64,000 nucleotides of DNA from NCBI GenBank assembly GCA_013203905.1, contig JABMPC010000075.1, positions 43,483 through 107,482 of the forward strand, given 5' to 3'. The stretch is from Chlorobium sp. (lineage in GTDB: Bacteria; Bacteroidota; Chlorobiia; Chlorobiales; Chlorobiaceae). Under the pieces are notes generated by a model. The model ran no database searches. It was not told the origin of the DNA and was given only the letters and a program-made list of their open reading frames with translations. This document shows positions 21,400-30,736 of this stretch, piece after piece. The position numbers and the translations under genes were made by a program. The stretch's first letter is position 1. Each line of letters opens with the position of its first letter.

Positions 21400-22631
21400 A
21401 ATGAAGCCCCCGATTTTTTGATGCCGTTCCAGAAAAACAGTGCGTTTGCTCCAAGCATCATGAAAAATCCAAGGTAGACCGCCGGGAGCCAGGGGTCGCG
21501 GATGACTTCAAGCAGGCTTAGCGTCGAGAACTTCCCGGACTCTTCGTCATAGCCCATCTGGTAGATTTTCCATCCTTTGAAGTTGACCGGCTTGTTGACT
21601 TCAAGATTGGCGATTGTTTCAAGCCCGTTTTCGTCGCGCAGGGTGACTGCTGAACGGAATGATTTGGGTGATCCCGGCACCATGAAGAGAAAGAGCCCGT
21701 CCAGATCTACAGCTCCTGGTTTGAGCATCGGGCCACCGGTGCTGAGCCATAGTTCCCCCTTACCGGCAGCTCCGCTTATCCGGACTTTTGCAAAAGGAAT
21801 GCCGATCGCCGGGTCTGCCGGAACGGGAGTGCCCTCTTTGCCCGGCAGTCCGGAGGGGATGAAGTCGGTGACCTTCACGCTGATGCCTTTCCATTCAGCA
21901 GTTGCGCCTGCGCGAACTTCCGGAATTGCCTGCGAACTGTTCATGATGAGCCGGTCGTTCTTCGGGTCGTAGAGCATGAGCTGGGGAGGGTACTCCTCAA
22001 TGGAGAAATCATGCAGGAACACTGAAAAGGGGATCTCCTGCGCCTGCTTGCTTTTCATGATGTATCCCTGATTGCTCGCCTGGCCCTCCTGAACGGGAAG
22101 AACAAGGCGCTGGAGATCGGAACTTCCGAAAATTCCGCATGAGAGGGCTATCCAGAACCCGGCATGAAACAAGATGAACTGCAGGTTTTTAAGGCTGAAC
22201 GGTACCAGTTTCCATGAAAGGGAGAGTCCCAGATTCCAGAGAAACAGGCTGACAATGAGAGCAAACGGCCAGCTTGAAAAAATGCTGTGCAGTCCAAGCC
22301 GGAGAGCCGTGGGGTTGCCTGCAGTTCCTTGGGGCACCATGCCGCCAATGAAGGAGAGAGCGGCAAGCGTGAGAATCAGCGAGAGGCCGAGGGGGATGCC
22401 CCCGAGCCAGGCAATAAAGGGGTTATGGCGGTAGCTGAGGCCGACTGCCAGAATGAGACATGCTGAAAGGAGCAGTGTTATTGCGTTCATCGGCCACTCC
22501 GGCATGGTAATGCCCGTACCGCCCAGAGAGTATTGTATGGCGAATCCTGCGGCGTTCAACAGGATTGCTATCAGTGCGGCCTCCCTGAATTCCCAGGGCT
22601 TTTGAAACAGTGTTCGTCGGTCAGCTTTCAT
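21396..22631 (-). CDS. ccsB: cytochrome c biogenesis protein, ResB/CcsB family
   Basis: 411 aa with an N-terminal TM bundle, a large loop and a C-terminal TM (WLPAVYLGFFMMLGA). It is coupled by ATGA to ccsA. Confidence 0.7.
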   Translation of the reverse strand: MKADRRTLFQKPWEFREAALIAILLNAAGFAIQYSLGGTGITMPEWPMNAITLLLSACLILAVGLSYRHNPFIAWLGGIPLGLSLILTLAALSFIGGMVPQGTAGNPTALRLGLHSIFSSWPFALIVSLFLWNLGLSLSWKLVPFSLKNLQFILFHAGFWIALSCGIFGSSDLQRLVLPVQEGQASNQGYIMKSKQAQEIPFSVFLHDFSIEEYPPQLMLYDPKNDRLIMNSSQAIPEVRAGATAEWKGISVKVTDFIPSGLPGKEGTPVPADPAIGIPFAKVRISGAAGKGELWLSTGGPMLKPGAVDLDGLFLFMVPGSPKSFRSAVTLRDENGLETIANLEVNKPVNFKGWKIYQMGYDEESGKFSTLSLLEVIRDPWLPAVYLGFFMMLGANALFFWNGIKKSGASL

Positions 22632-23404
22632 GCTTCATTGTTGGGTGTACATTGCTGAATGTCTGGGGTACCGCACACCGGGCAGCGCGGATCGCGCCGG
22701 ACAGGTACTTTTCTGAACTCCATGGTGAGTGTATCGCAGGTGAGGAGCGTGTCATACAAGGGAGTGCCAATAGTGAGCAGCACCTTGAGAGCTTCAGTGG
22801 CCTGCACCGATCCGATCACTCCGGCAAGGGCTCCGATAGGGCCTTCGCCCGAAGCGATTGGGGGATCGTCGTCTTCATGGAAAAGACAGTGGCAGCAGGC
22901 GGTTCTGCCAGGATTGACGGTCATTGCCTGCCCGGAGAACTGCTGAATGCCTCCGTGGGAGTATGGCTTTGCTGCCGCATGGCAGGCTCTGGAAATGAGG
23001 AATTTTGAGCTGAATGAATCCGTTGCATCTACCACGAAGTCGTACGCTTCTATGATTTTGGGAGAATTATCGGCGGTGAGCCGGAACGGGTACGAATGAA
23101 CGGTGAGAGAGGGGCGGAGTGCCAGCAATCGTTCTTGTGCCGAATCAACCTTTTTCGTGCCGATGGCAAGGGTGGTATGAAGAATTTGCCGCTGCAGGTT
23201 GCTGCATTCGACGGTGTCATCATCCATGATGCCGATGGTGCCGATGCCGGCTGCGGCAAGGTAGAGTGCTGCCGGGGAGCCGAGGCCTCCGGCACCGACA
23301 ATGAGAACACTGGAGGAAAGAAGTTTTTCCTGTCCCGCTTCGCCGATTTCAGAAAGAGCAAGATGGCGGCTGTAGCGCTCCCTCTCTTCCCTTTTCAGCT
23401 GCAT
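22628..23404 (-). CDS. thiF: ThiF/MoeB-type sulfur-carrier adenylyltransferase
   Basis: 258 aa with motifs RYSRHLAL, VLIVGAGGLGSPAALYLAAAGIG and a C-terminal CxxC pair (CCHC...CPVCG). Confidence 0.85.
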   Translation of the reverse strand: MQLKREERERYSRHLALSEIGEAGQEKLLSSSVLIVGAGGLGSPAALYLAAAGIGTIGIMDDDTVECSNLQRQILHTTLAIGTKKVDSAQERLLALRPSLTVHSYPFRLTADNSPKIIEAYDFVVDATDSFSSKFLISRACHAAAKPYSHGGIQQFSGQAMTVNPGRTACCHCLFHEDDDPPIASGEGPIGALAGVIGSVQATEALKVLLTIGTPLYDTLLTCDTLTMEFRKVPVRRDPRCPVCGTPDIQQCTPNNEA

Positions 23405-24465
23405 CCGGGGATTTCGCCTGACGGCCCGTTGTATGCCGGTTCCCAGTTTTTAAAGACCGGTTCAATCCTGCGGTTTCTGAGCGCCTGGCAGAACTCTTCA
23501 GCCGTACGGCTGTCTGAAATTTCAAACTGCCCCTCCTCAGGGCTCTCTCCTTCACGGTATCCGCCAACGGTGGTGCGGCTTGCAATGCTCATGCGGGTGA
23601 TGGCAAGCCCTGCCATACCGTCCCTGAACGATGGTTTTTCGCGGGTGGAGAGCACCAGTTCAACATCCGGCATGGCTATGCGGAATGCAAGGATAATGCG
23701 GGCGAGCAGGTGGTCGTCAACGGGGTAGGTTGGCTCATATCCTCCCGTTTGCGGCCGTAAGCGGGGGAATGAGACGGATATGCCACCGCGCCAGTATGTT
23801 TTTTCAAGATGGCGGGCGTGGCGGTAGAGCATGAGAGCGTCCGTTACCGGATCGGAGAGGCCGAACAGGACTCCGAGGCCAACGGTTTTTATTCCCCCCT
23901 CAAGTGCCCGTTCTGGTGTTTCAAGCCGGTAGAGGTAATCCTTTTTTGGCCCCCAGCGGTGGAGAGCTTCGTACTGCAGGGGGTCGTAGGTTTCCTGATA
24001 GATGGTAATGCCGGTGCATCCTCCCATGGCCAGCTCACGGTACTCTTCAACACTCATCGGGAAGGCCTCAACGGTTACCCGCTGCATTGATTCAGCTGCA
24101 ATTTCCACTGCGCGCTGTAGGTATTCAAAGCCGACCGTAGCGGTTCTCTCTCCGGTGAGGAGAAGGATATCCTGTATGCCGAGCTGCTTCATGGCGGCAA
24201 TTTCACGACGGATCTCCTCCTCTGAAAGCTTGCGGCGGGGGGTGGTTCTGTCGGAGGCGAAACCGCAGTAAGCGCAGCCGCTGGAGCAGTAGTTTGAAAG
24301 ATAGAGCGGTGCGTAAAGGGGCATGGTGCGTCCGAACCGCCTGAGCGTCATTGCACGGGAACGGGCCGCCATGGTTTCAAGGCTTTCGGGCGACCGGTTG
24401 CGAAGCATTGCCTCAAGCTCCCGGCAGTCATTGTTGTGTGTCAGCCAGTCGGGCAGGAGGGTCAT
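23395..24465 (-). CDS. thiH: 2-iminoacetate synthase (radical SAM)
   Basis: 356 aa with the radical-SAM cluster motif [15 protein letters not shown]. The context is thiG-thiH-thiF. Confidence 0.88.
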   Translation of the reverse strand: MTLLPDWLTHNNDCRELEAMLRNRSPESLETMAARSRAMTLRRFGRTMPLYAPLYLSNYCSSGCAYCGFASDRTTPRRKLSEEEIRREIAAMKQLGIQDILLLTGERTATVGFEYLQRAVEIAAESMQRVTVEAFPMSVEEYRELAMGGCTGITIYQETYDPLQYEALHRWGPKKDYLYRLETPERALEGGIKTVGLGVLFGLSDPVTDALMLYRHARHLEKTYWRGGISVSFPRLRPQTGGYEPTYPVDDHLLARIILAFRIAMPDVELVLSTREKPSFRDGMAGLAITRMSIASRTTVGGYREGESPEEGQFEISDSRTAEEFCQALRNRRIEPVFKNWEPAYNGPSGEIPGCS

Positions 24466-25241
24466 GACTGTTCTCCAAGAAAGGATGTGAGGGGGCTGGT
24501 AGCAACGGCTTCCGAGCTTTCTCTCATCAGTCCCGCCTTGAACGCCCGACGACCTGCGTCAGTTGCGTCCCGGAAAGCGGCAGCCATTTCTGCGGGGTTG
24601 TCGGAGGCAGCTATGGCACTGTTGACGAGCACAGCGCTGCATCCCATTTCCATTGCCCGGGCAGCTTCGGACGGGGCCCTGAGGCCGGCATCCACAATGA
24701 CGGGAATGGAGCTTTCACGGATGATGATGCTGAGCATGGCGGCGGAGGCAAGCCCCTGGCCGCTGCCGATTGCTGAACCGAGCGGCATGACTGAAGCACA
24801 TCCCACATCTTCAAGCCGTTTGGCAAGAACAGGATCGGGGGAGATGTATGGCATGACAAGAAACCCTTCGGAGGCAAGGACTCTTGCGGCCTCCATTGTT
24901 TCAATCGGATCGGGCATCAGGTGCTGCGGGTTCGGATGGATCTCCACCTTGATAAAGGGGCTCCCGGAGAGTTCACGGCTGATATGTGCCGCCTTGATTG
25001 CTTCCGCAGCTGTTGAGGCGCCTGAAGTGTTTGGCATGAGGGTAATGCCCGGCATCTCAGAAAGAGGGCCGAAAAGGTCATCCTCAAGCTGTTCGCGGTT
25101 GAACCGCCGAAGTGCGACGGTGACAAGCTGTGCGCCAGAAGCTTTCACGGCCTCCAGCATGAGGGCTGCGCTGCTGAATTTTCCTGTTCCGAGAATCAGG
25201 CGGGAAGAAAAAGTATGTGCTGCTAACTGCAAGTGGTCCAT
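24462..25241 (-). CDS. thiG: thiazole synthase
   Basis: 259 aa with motifs [23 protein letters not shown] and [13 protein letters not shown]. Confidence 0.93.
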   Translation of the reverse strand: MDHLQLAAHTFSSRLILGTGKFSSAALMLEAVKASGAQLVTVALRRFNREQLEDDLFGPLSEMPGITLMPNTSGASTAAEAIKAAHISRELSGSPFIKVEIHPNPQHLMPDPIETMEAARVLASEGFLVMPYISPDPVLAKRLEDVGCASVMPLGSAIGSGQGLASAAMLSIIIRESSIPVIVDAGLRAPSEAARAMEMGCSAVLVNSAIAASDNPAEMAAAFRDATDAGRRAFKAGLMRESSEAVATSPLTSFLGEQS

Positions 25242-25268
25242 AAGTAGGGTTTCATTCTCTTTGGTTAC

Positions 25269-25472
25269 TCATCCCCCGCCGGCAAACACAAGGATTTCAA
25301 CCCGGTCACCTTCCCTGAGAATGTGTGCCGTGCGTTCAGGGGGGCGGACAACCTGATCGTTGACAAGGGTTGCGAGGGTTTTCCCGTCGGAACCGATATG
25401 AGCCAGAAGATCGCTGAGGGCTGAGGCTTCCGGAAGGGATTCGGGTTCTCCGTTGAGTTGAATTGTAATCAT
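25269..25472 (-). CDS. thiS: sulfur carrier protein ThiS
   Basis: The start is trimmed to MITIQLNGEPE (ATG at 25472). The protein is 67 aa and ends in ...VFAGGG with the diagnostic C-terminal Gly-Gly. Confidence 0.85.
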   Translation of the reverse strand: MITIQLNGEPESLPEASALSDLLAHIGSDGKTLATLVNDQVVRPPERTAHILREGDRVEILVFAGGG

Positions 25473-25510
25473 TTTGAGTGATTTCTGCACGATTTCTTTG
25501 GCTCTCTTTT

Positions 25511-26656
25511 TCAATTGCACCCTTCAATAGCCTGTTCCAGGTCAGCCTGAAGGTCATCGGGGTGTTCAAGACCGACGGAGATTCTAACGAGACCCTCACC
25601 GCACCCCCTTTTCCGGCGCTCTTCTGGCGAGAGTGCCCAGAGTGTCATTCTTGCCGGTGAGGCGATAAGCGATTCAACGCCTCCGAGGCTGTCAGCAAGG
25701 AGAAACAGCTTTACCCCTGAAATAAGTTTCTCAACTGCCTCCATTCCTCCTTTCAGCTCTATGGTGAGCATGCCGCCGAATCCGCTCATCTGGCTTTGTG
25801 CCAGATTGTGCTGCGGATGTGAGGAGAGACCGGGGTAGAGAACCCTCTTGACTGCGGGGTGCCCTTCGAGGAATCGGGCGAGCTGCATGGCGTTGGCTTC
25901 ATGCTCCTTCATGCGGATTTTGAGGGTTTTCAGCCCCCGCATGACAAGCCAGCAGTCCCAGGGCGCGGGAATGGCTCCGGCCGCAGCCTGGTATGTTTTA
26001 ACTGTTTCGTGCAGTTTTTCCCCGTTCGTAATGACTGCCCCACCCAGCACATCGCTGTGGCCGGCGAGGTATTTGGTGGTGCTGTGAATAACAATGTCGG
26101 CGCCGCACTCGAGCGGGCGCTGGAAATAGGGGGAGAGAAATGTGTTGTCTACAGCCAGAAGTGCGCCCCGTTCATGGGCCGCCTCCGCCAGCGCCCTGAT
26201 GTCTGCGAGACGCATCAGCGGGTTGCTCGGGCTTTCCACCCATATCATTTTGGTAGTGGGAGTGAAAGCATCCAGATAGCTTTTTGTCGTGCTGCCTTCC
26301 GCATAGGAAGTGGTGATGCCCATGGGGCGAAGAAGCTCTTCAAAGATTCTGTAGGTGCCGCCATAGATGTCAATGCCGGAGACAATATGGTCGCCGGGTC
26401 GGAGAAGATGGAGCGCAGCCATGGTTGCTGCCGCTCCGGAAGCGAAGGCGAGTCCGTACCGGCCGTTTTCCAGAAGGGCGAGTGCTTCTTCAAGGGCCTG
26501 GCGTGTCGGGTTGCCGATTCTGGAATAGACAAATCCCCCTTTGTACTCAAGCTGTTCGCGTGCAAAGGTTGATGTCTGGTAGATGGGTACCGTAACCGAC
26601 CCTGTTTGAGGGTCGGGCGCCTGTCCGTCATGAATGGCGAGGGTTTCAAAATGCAT
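25511..26656 (-). CDS. Cys/Met-metabolism PLP enzyme (cystathionine gamma-synthase / beta-lyase type)
   Basis: 381 aa with motifs YSRIGNPT and IVIHSTTKYLAGHSDVLGG (PLP lysine). The exact activity cannot be called from sequence alone. Confidence 0.8.
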   Translation of the reverse strand: MHFETLAIHDGQAPDPQTGSVTVPIYQTSTFAREQLEYKGGFVYSRIGNPTRQALEEALALLENGRYGLAFASGAAATMAALHLLRPGDHIVSGIDIYGGTYRIFEELLRPMGITTSYAEGSTTKSYLDAFTPTTKMIWVESPSNPLMRLADIRALAEAAHERGALLAVDNTFLSPYFQRPLECGADIVIHSTTKYLAGHSDVLGGAVITNGEKLHETVKTYQAAAGAIPAPWDCWLVMRGLKTLKIRMKEHEANAMQLARFLEGHPAVKRVLYPGLSSHPQHNLAQSQMSGFGGMLTIELKGGMEAVEKLISGVKLFLLADSLGGVESLIASPARMTLWALSPEERRKRGCGEGLVRISVGLEHPDDLQADLEQAIEGCN

Positions 26657-26711
26657 GGGCGGTCTTTTTTTTCTACAAGGTAGTGAGATTCCGGGAAAAA
26701 CCGCCCCGCCT

Positions 26712-28001
26712 TCAGCTGTTTTTCAATGCCCGATCAAGGGCCTCGATAAGGTCAAGAGGATGTTCCAGACCGATAGAAAGCCTGATGAGCTCCCTTGAAA
26801 GGCCGCTTGCCCTCTGTTGTTCCTCTGTCATCTGACTGTGCGAGGTGCTTGCCGGATGGAGGATGAGGCTCTTTGCGTCACCCACATTGGCTACATGGGA
26901 GAAAATTTTGATGGTGTCGATGATCTTTATCGCCGTATCGTATCCTCCCTTCGCTCCGAAGACCACCATGCCGCCGAACCCGTTGTTCAAATCCTTTGAG
27001 GCGGCAGGGTAGGAGGGGTCGCCCTCAAGGCCGGGATAGCGTACCCAGGCTACTTCAGGGTGCTTCTGGAGGTGCCTGGCTACCAGCATTGCATTTTCAG
27101 AATGGCGGGTCATTCTCAGTGGCAGGGTTTCAAGCCCCTGAATGAATATCCATGCATTGTCGGGGGAGATGCAGGCCCCAATGTTACGGAGGGGAACAGT
27201 CCGTACCCTCAGGGCAAATGCTATGGGTGCGAGTGGTTCGGGCAGGTCGAGTGCCCAGCGGAGGCCATGATAGTTGGCGTCGGGTTCGGTAAAGAGAGGA
27301 TGGCGCCCTTTGGCCCAGTTGAATGTGCCCGCGTCCGTAATGCAGCCGCCGATAGCCGAGCCGTGTCCGCCGATCCATTTGGTCAGGGAATTGATGACAA
27401 TGTCAGCCCCGTGTTCAATCGGGCGAAGGAGGAACGGAGTGGTGAAGGTTGCGTCAACCACCAGCGGCAGACCATTCCGGTGGGCGACATCGGCAATGGC
27501 GCTGATGGGGGTGTAGTTGAGCGTCGGGTTGCTGATGGTCTCAATGTAGAGAGCCCTGGTTCGCTCATTGATGGCTTGTTCGAATTCCTCCGGTTTAAAG
27601 GGGTCGACAAAGGTGACCGTGATGCCAAGCTTGGGAAGGATGGCGTCAAACTGAGTGTAGGTGCCGCCATAGAGGTTTCTGGATGCAACGATGTTGTCCC
27701 CAGCTTCGGCGAGCGTGATGATGGTGTTGAAAATTGCCGCTGTGCCCGAGGCCACAGCCACCGATGCAGCCCCGCCTTCAAGTTCGCTCATGCGCGCTTC
27801 AAGCACTTCGGTTGTGGGGTTCATCAGCCGGGTATAGATGTTTCCAAGTTCTTTGAGGGCGAAGAGGTTGGACGCATGCTCCGTGTTTTTGAAGAGGTAG
27901 GAAGCGGTCCGGTAGACAGGAACTCCCCGTGAGAGAGTGTTGTCGACGCTTTGACCTGCATGGAGGGCCAAAGTTTCAAAGCGGTGTGCTGCTGTACTCA
28001 T
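26712..28001 (-). CDS. metY: O-acetylhomoserine sulfhydrylase
   Basis: The start is trimmed to MSTAAHRFETLALHAG (ATG at 28001). Motifs: YTRLMNPT and IVINSLTKWIGGHGSAIGG. The length and C-terminus are typical of MetY/OAH sulfhydrylases. Confidence 0.85.
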   Translation of the reverse strand: MSTAAHRFETLALHAGQSVDNTLSRGVPVYRTASYLFKNTEHASNLFALKELGNIYTRLMNPTTEVLEARMSELEGGAASVAVASGTAAIFNTIITLAEAGDNIVASRNLYGGTYTQFDAILPKLGITVTFVDPFKPEEFEQAINERTRALYIETISNPTLNYTPISAIADVAHRNGLPLVVDATFTTPFLLRPIEHGADIVINSLTKWIGGHGSAIGGCITDAGTFNWAKGRHPLFTEPDANYHGLRWALDLPEPLAPIAFALRVRTVPLRNIGACISPDNAWIFIQGLETLPLRMTRHSENAMLVARHLQKHPEVAWVRYPGLEGDPSYPAASKDLNNGFGGMVVFGAKGGYDTAIKIIDTIKIFSHVANVGDAKSLILHPASTSHSQMTEEQQRASGLSRELIRLSIGLEHPLDLIEALDRALKNS

Positions 28002-28153
28002 TGGAGCGATGGTTATTTTGTTGCCAGTTGCTGTCGTGTTTGTTGTATTAACAATTGTTACTATAATTCTGTGTGTTTTCCAAAAAAACATTCTGTTTAT
28101 TGTTCTTTTTGATGGCTGAATGGAATCATCTTTTTAGCGGGAGAGGAAGGATT

Positions 28154-28591
28154 ATGGGATATATCGAGGCGGTCTGCATCAGCAGGGAGAAGGGTGAGTT
28201 GAAACTGGCGGTGCAGGAAATTGCACTGAAAGCTGACTGGGGGATTGATGGCGATGCTCATGCAGGCGACTGGCACCGCCAGGTGTCATTGCTTGCGGGC
28301 GAGAGCGTGGACCGGATGCGCTTGAAAATGCCGGAGCTTGCCCATGGCATGTTCGCCGAAAACATGGTGACCCGCGGGATTGACCTTTCTGCCCTCAAGG
28401 TTGGAGACCGGTTGGAGATTGCGGGTAATGCGGTGCTGGAAATCACTCAGATTGGCAAGGAGTGCCATAATGGGGCGTGTCCCATTCAAGTGGCAACGGG
28501 GGAGTGCATCATGCCCACCGAGGGTCTGTTCTGCAGGGTGAAGCGGGGTGGAACCGTTCGGCCGGGGATGGCCGTGGGGCTGATGGCGTGA
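28154..28591 (+). CDS. MOSC domain-containing protein
   Basis: The start is trimmed to MGYIEAVCIS, preceded by GAGAGGAAGG. It is about 145 aa with a MOSC-like beta-barrel region (GDAHAGDWHRQVSLL...ENMVTRGIDL...ITQIGKECH). Confidence 0.7.
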   Translation: MGYIEAVCISREKGELKLAVQEIALKADWGIDGDAHAGDWHRQVSLLAGESVDRMRLKMPELAHGMFAENMVTRGIDLSALKVGDRLEIAGNAVLEITQIGKECHNGACPIQVATGECIMPTEGLFCRVKRGGTVRPGMAVGLMA

Positions 28592-28593
28592 GG

Positions 28594-29604
28594 TCAGCCG
28601 CCGATTTCTGACATGCTTGTGCCCATGGAGCTTTCGCCCCGGTCCGTTGTTTTACCGTCTTCTGGTTTCAGGCGTACCGACTGCCTGACAAGCTCAAGCA
28701 ACTGTTCCCGGCTTTGGCCATTGCGGATGGCGGTGAGCAGGTCAATTCCTTTCTTTTCATACAGACAGCTGACAAGATGCCCGTCTGCCCGTACGCGGAG
28801 ACGGTTGCACCTGCTGCAGAAATTTCGGGTGTAGGCGGGTATGATTGCCCATGAGCCTCTGTGGCCGGGAAGGGTGAAACTGAAATATTCGGTGCCCGAC
28901 CCCTGCAGCTCCTCCATTTCGGGATGAGCGGACTGAAGCAGTTCGCGAATCTTGTCCATTCCGAGAAATTTTCCCGTTCTCCATATCTGGTGGTCGTCAA
29001 AGGGCTGAAGCTCCATGAAGCGGACACTGATGGGGTGCTCTTTTGTGAGAGCGGTGAATGCTTCAATTTCATCGTCATTGATTCCCCGAAGCATCACGAC
29101 ATTGATTTTCAGAGGGATGTTGCCGAGTGCGAGAAGCCTGTCAAGGTTGGCTTTGACGCGCTCGAATTCATTGCGCCGGGTAATGGCAAGGAACCGGTCG
29201 GCACGAAGGCTGTCAATGCTCATATTGACTGCGTCAATGCCGGCAGAAAGAAGTGCGTCCAGATGGCGGTCGAGCAGAAGGCCGTTGGTGGTAATGCTTA
29301 CGGTTTTTATGCCTGGGGTGTTTTTAGCCGTGGTAACAAGGTCGGCAATGTCACTTCGGAGGAGGGGCTCACCTCCGGTGAGGCGAATTTTGGTGATGCC
29401 TGCTTCGGCCAGGATGCTTATGAGGGTGGAGAGTTCGGTGAAGCTCATCCGGGAGATGCCGGAACTATCAGTTTCATGCTCTTCGCGCATGCAGTAGGCG
29501 CAGCGAAGGTTGCACGAGCCTGTTACAGCAATGCGCGCATAGCTTACCTGCCGGTGAAAGGTGTCGGACAGCGGGGGTGTGTTGTTCGGGGTACTGCTAC
29601 TCAA
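28594..29604 (-). CDS. moaA: GTP 3',8-cyclase (molybdenum cofactor biosynthesis protein A)
   Basis: 336 aa with motifs YARIAVTGSCNLRCAYCM and RLTGGEPLLR, plus a C-terminal CSRCNRLR cluster. The only available start is TTG at 29604. Confidence 0.9.
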   Translation of the reverse strand: MSSSTPNNTPPLSDTFHRQVSYARIAVTGSCNLRCAYCMREEHETDSSGISRMSFTELSTLISILAEAGITKIRLTGGEPLLRSDIADLVTTAKNTPGIKTVSITTNGLLLDRHLDALLSAGIDAVNMSIDSLRADRFLAITRRNEFERVKANLDRLLALGNIPLKINVVMLRGINDDEIEAFTALTKEHPISVRFMELQPFDDHQIWRTGKFLGMDKIRELLQSAHPEMEELQGSGTEYFSFTLPGHRGSWAIIPAYTRNFCSRCNRLRVRADGHLVSCLYEKKGIDLLTAIRNGQSREQLLELVRQSVRLKPEDGKTTDRGESSMGTSMSEIGG

Positions 29605-29700
29605 TGGCTGGTGCGTCAGGGTTCTTGCCTTCAGGACTGAAAAGGCAAGATATCCCTTCTTTGGCTGTCTGCAAACAGAAACCGCCGTGGTCCAGTTCCC

Positions 29701-30513
29701 TTAATTGACCCCGAGGATGACGCTTGATGCCTTGAACGCCGTACAGGCGTGGCCGCCCTCTTTGAGGCCGAGTTTTTCTGAACTTCCGTGGGTAATGATG
29801 GCCGAGATGACATTGCCGCCACCTATTTCCACATCGACTTCGGTGCTGACAGGACCTTCAATCAGTTTTGAAATGGTGCCGCACATGAGGTTGCGGGTGC
29901 TCAGGTGTGCGTCGTGCAGATCCTGACCAATGATGATGGAGCTTGCCTTGATGATGGCGTAGGCGCTCATGCCCTCTTTCAGTCCGAGGTTTTTGACCGC
30001 TCCGTTTGTGATAATGGAGGTGATGCGGGCTCCACCGGAAAGCTTGATGACAACTTCGGCGTTGACCGCGCCAAGGGTGATCTGTTCGACGGTGCCGGAA
30101 AAGACATTTCGTGCACTGATTTTCATTGAGATCATTTTTAGGAATTGATGGAGCTGTGTTGTGTTGCCGAGTCGTTGTTCCAGATTGTGGAGGTATTTCC
30201 GATGCTCTTCCTGCACCACCCGGAACTGTTCGAGCACTTTTTTCCCCTCACGGGTGAGAATGGTGCCGCCTCCCCCCTTGCCCCCGGCGGTTCTCTCCAC
30301 CAAAGGCTTTTCGGAAAGGTTGTTCATCATGTTGACGAGGTGCCATGCGGTTTTATAGCTGATGCCGACCGCTTTGGCTGCGCTGTTGATGGAGCCGAGC
30401 TTCTCAATCTGCTCAAGCAGCACAATCCTGTCGCCCCCGAGAAACCGGTTCTGGTCTTTCTGGAACCAGATGTCGCCTTCAAGTCCGATCTCCTCATTCA
30501 TGCATTTTGCCAT
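29701..30513 (-). CDS. modE: ModE-like molybdate-responsive transcriptional regulator (HTH plus two Mop/TOBE domains)
   Basis: 270 aa with a ModE-type N-terminal HTH (GSINSAAKAVGISYKTAWHLVNMMN) followed by two TOBE repeats (SARNVFSGTV...IIKASSIIIG and STRNLMCGTI...AFKASSVILG). Confidence 0.85.
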   Translation of the reverse strand: MAKCMNEEIGLEGDIWFQKDQNRFLGGDRIVLLEQIEKLGSINSAAKAVGISYKTAWHLVNMMNNLSEKPLVERTAGGKGGGGTILTREGKKVLEQFRVVQEEHRKYLHNLEQRLGNTTQLHQFLKMISMKISARNVFSGTVEQITLGAVNAEVVIKLSGGARITSIITNGAVKNLGLKEGMSAYAIIKASSIIIGQDLHDAHLSTRNLMCGTISKLIEGPVSTEVDVEIGGGNVISAIITHGSSEKLGLKEGGHACTAFKASSVILGVN

Positions 30514-30649
30514 TGTTCGGGTGTTGATTGTTGGTCCGCTGTTTATCCTTTAATATAGGCTAATTGCTTCTCAACGGCGCTTTCTGGACACCGCTCTTTA
30601 TCTGTTGTGCATCGAACCATTTGCGGCTGATTGAGACGGGGGCGGGGCT

Positions 30650-30677
30650 GTCGTTATGTATTTTATAATATAACGAT
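30650..30677. promoter_or_regulatory. Mo-box-like palindrome (candidate ModE operator)
   Basis: GTCGTTATGTA-TTTTAT-AATATAACGAT is an AT-rich inverted repeat with CGTTAT/ATAACG outer arms. It lies about 137 nt upstream of the ModE-like gene and just downstream of the nif operon terminator. Confidence 0.5.
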
Positions 30678-30682
30678 AAAGC

Positions 30683-30717
30683 AAAAAAATGCTGTCTTTC
30701 CATCATGAAAAGACAGC
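30683..30717 (-). terminator. rho-independent terminator ending the nifH...ferredoxin operon
   Basis: On the minus strand, GCTGTCTTT-loop-AAAGACAGC is followed by a U-run (plus-strand A-run 30683-30689), 20 nt after the ferredoxin stop. An A-run on the other side makes it potentially bidirectional. Confidence 0.75.
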
Positions 30718-30736
30718 GCGAAAAAAAAAATCAGAA

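Noticed and set aside
25315-25358. TPP-riboswitch-like words CTGAGA ... ACCTGATC on the plus strand
   Set aside because: They lie inside the thiS coding sequence on the opposite strand. No plus-strand gene follows, and the rest of the THI-box core is absent. I treat this as coincidental.
28073-28153. Upstream extensions of track ORFs: the MOSC gene (28073), metY (to 28091), mutS (54193), the ferredoxin (to 31138), thiS (to 25520) and the cupin (to 13166)
   Set aside because: The extensions are hydrophobic or basic junk without homology. They often start at non-ATG codons or overlap the neighbouring gene, and internal ATGs with better context match the conserved N-termini.
29605-29700. Hairpin CTTGCCTT-N8-AAGGCAAG between the ModE-like gene and moaA, considered as a terminator
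   Set aside because: No U-tract follows on the transcribed (minus) strand, and moaA is most simply co-transcribed with the regulator. I could not support a feature call.
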